64,000 nt of DNA from the NCBI GenBank assembly GCA_965206645.1, contig CBDBKE010000004.1, forward strand, positions 1,184,001 through 1,248,000. The letters are read 5' to 3'. Source of the DNA: Terriglobia bacterium. Lineage in GTDB: Bacteria > Acidobacteriota > Terriglobia > JAJPHL01 > JAPKYU01. A program made the position numbers and the translations under genes. Shown here piece by piece: positions 62,033 through 64,000 of the stretch. The notes below the pieces were generated by a model, which had not been told where the DNA came from, did not search any database, and saw only the letters and a list, made by a program, of their open reading frames with translations. The number at the start of each line of letters is the position of its first letter. Position 1 is the first letter of the stretch.

Positions 62033-63096
62033 ACTGTTCGACCACTGCTGGGGTGGCGTCGCGCACCCTGGCAGCAGCTCCGGCTTTGCCACTCATGGGG
62101 TCGCGCCGGATGTCGAACGTCACGGCGTGCCCTTCTTCCAGGTGTTCCCACCCCAGTCCGCTCTCGAGGTCGGTCAGGTGGAAGAAGTACTCTTGGCCGT
62201 CGTCTCGCTGGACAAAACCGAAGCCGCGTTCGCGCACCACCTTCTTGATGCGACCGGCGCAGCCCGTGCCCAGCACCGAGACCGCAATGTTGTTCTCCTC
62301 GGCCGAAGCATTTTCCTCAGCCGCGGCCACGTAGGCCTCCTGCTCAGCCAGCTTCTCTTGCACAAAACGCTTCCGGCAGTCCTCGCAAAAGAACTGTTCG
62401 CGCTTGCGGGGTCCAAACACTGCGGTCTCCCACGTGCAGCGGCGAGGTGCACTCGCGTTGATGCTTCTCGAACTTCAACTCGATGCGGCCGATCAGGTCG
62501 TTCAGCCAGATGAGGTCGAAGTCCTTGACCTGCATCCGGTCTGTCGGGTCGGCGAACTCGGGGCTGCAGCACCCCTGGATGCTCGCGATGGCGACCCGCT
62601 TGCCCAGCCGACGCACGTGTTGCAGGACCGGGCGATAGTCGCGGTCGCCAATCACCACAAGGGCGACGTCGTAGACGTTGGGAATCGCCGCATAGTAGAG
62701 GAGGTTGGCAGCCAGCGCCAGATCTACACACTTCTCTTTGGGCTCAAAACGGTCGCTGCCCGAGCGATCTTCGCGTCGCAGCCGGCGGCCTCGGAAGTCA
62801 ATGGGAAAGGTTTCCACTTCGTAGTGATATTCCTCCTTTAGTGTGGCATAGAAGTCCAGCTGGCGCTGGACTGCATCTTCATCACGCAAGTCATAGTTGG
62901 CCGGATAGCTGCCGAACAGGCATGTGCGGATCAGGTCCACTTCCTTGAGCCCGAGTTGGCAAGCCACTTCCTCGCCGAGGACCTTGGGAAGCAGGCCGTA
63001 ATGAATGTGGAAATCGCGGGTTCCGTGGGCTTCGACGAGGCGGGGAGTATTACGATAAAGCCAGGTGCCGTCCACAAAGAGCATCAATTTGCGCAT
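62016..63096 (-). pseudogene. NYN (LabA/DUF88 PIN-fold) nuclease + zinc finger + cold-shock domain fusion, frameshifted near 62415
   Basis: FVDG, EKCVD, GDRDY acidic motifs; ECTSPLH...FFCEDC; GRIKKVVRERGFGFV...EYFFH. Confidence 0.8.
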
Positions 63097-63195
63097 ACTG
63101 AGAGCAATCCCTTTCAGTCACAACAAATGGAAAAACTGTCCTGGCCGCAGATTCTGAGCACCAAGCAGTCGCTCCCACGACCGGCAATTCCTTAA

Positions 63196-64000
63196 CCGGA
63201 ATTTCCATTTCGAGCTTCCTCTTCACCCGAAAAGCTATGCCTCGTACCCTGTCGTGTCAACCGCAAACAGCTCTGGCCTCTTTGAGGTGGTAGTGCGGCA
63301 CATTTTGGCTGTTCTTCGGAGTCGCTGTGCGGGGTTCGCCTGCCCAGCCTGCCGCGCCGCTGACACTTATCCGGCCCGACCACTTCTGAGCACCTAAAAT
63401 TACCCTCTCTCCCGGTTCGCTAGCCGTCTGGCAGCGGCAGTGCCGAGATCGTTCGCAGCATGCTGCTGAACAGCCTCCGGCTCAAGTGCCCTTCGGCCAG
63501 CAAAAGCCAGTAATATCGCGCATGTTTCACCAGCCGTCCTCCCGTTTTCACCAACCGCTGTTGCAAGCTCGTCAGGGACCAGTTCCCGATTCTCTGTGGC
63601 AGCACCAGTCGCCGCCACAGGTTGCCGAGATTATAGGCAATGATGGTGAGCCACAGCCGGACCTCGTTCGACCGGAACCGGTGACAACTGAGCCGCGTCA
63701 TCTTCACTGCTTGCTTTCCTTCTTTGATCCACTGCTCCGCTGTCCCCCGCTTGTTGTAAAACCGCATCACCGCCCGACTTGGCAGAGTCAAGTTCGTAAC
63801 GATAAACCCTACTCGCGGGAACAGCTCCCCTGGATGATGCTCCACCTTGGCCACCACCCTGCGGGCTGTCTTCCAACTGGCCGCTTGGTATAGAAAGCCC
63901 TTGAACTCCACCAACGGCTTCTTGCTGGGTCTCCCCACCGGCCGAGTCAGCAACTCCTCAATGTCCCGCTGTAGGCTGTCGTTAGCCGGGATGCGGATGG
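63196..64000 (-). mobile_element. IS1380-family element, partial (runs off window)
   Basis: End CCGGAATTTCCATTT next to TTAA; transposase C-terminus present. Confidence 0.82.
63420..64000 (-). CDS. IS1380 transposase (DDE), C-terminal part
   Basis: YQAASW..ARRVVAKVEHHPGELFPRVGFIVTN, FYNKRGTAEQWIKEGK, RLSCHRF..NEVRL. Confidence 0.9.
   Translation of the reverse strand, partial: IRIPANDSLQRDIEELLTRPVGRPSKKPLVEFKGFLYQAASWKTARRVVAKVEHHPGELFPRVGFIVTNLTLPSRAVMRFYNKRGTAEQWIKEGKQAVKMTRLSCHRFRSNEVRLWLTIIAYNLGNLWRRLVLPQRIGNWSLTSLQQRLVKTGGRLVKHARYYWLLLAEGHLSRRLFSSMLRTISALPLPDG

Overview
GC-rich bacterial DNA, probably Acidobacteriota (inferred from gene content and protein style). Bases ~1-21,300 are a fragmented accessory mosaic: an mltF-like gene, two copies of a 131-bp MITE with IS6-like ends, RRM, SET, SPFH and DUF4177 genes, three IS3-family elements, integrase/excisionase remnants, a NACHT-like fragment, a three-part chimeric ORF, and a stand-alone rpoD flanked by two 116-bp structured direct repeats. 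Bases ~21,700-41,800 carry metabolic and envelope genes (sialidase, class IV aminotransferase, SDR, broken cpaE, DUF1501/DUF1549-DUF1553, SMP-30, enolase-family dehydratase, GGT, TPP enzyme, a second SPFH gene, PDZ-SpoIIE). Bases ~41,900-64,000 carry an intact but incomplete dcw cluster (murF to ftsQ), a PLD-like gene, polX, a damaged pilB-pilT-pilC operon, an NtrY/NtrX-like pair, a frameshifted NYN-zinc finger-cold shock fusion and the end of an IS1380. The most interesting signals are non-coding or structural: the repeats around rpoD, degenerate attC-like hairpins at gene junctions, the MITE pair, microhomology-joined chimeras and palindromic in-frame inserts in murG and murD. No rRNA, tRNA or CRISPR array was seen. 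All calls come from reading the sequence and motifs by eye; no searches were run.
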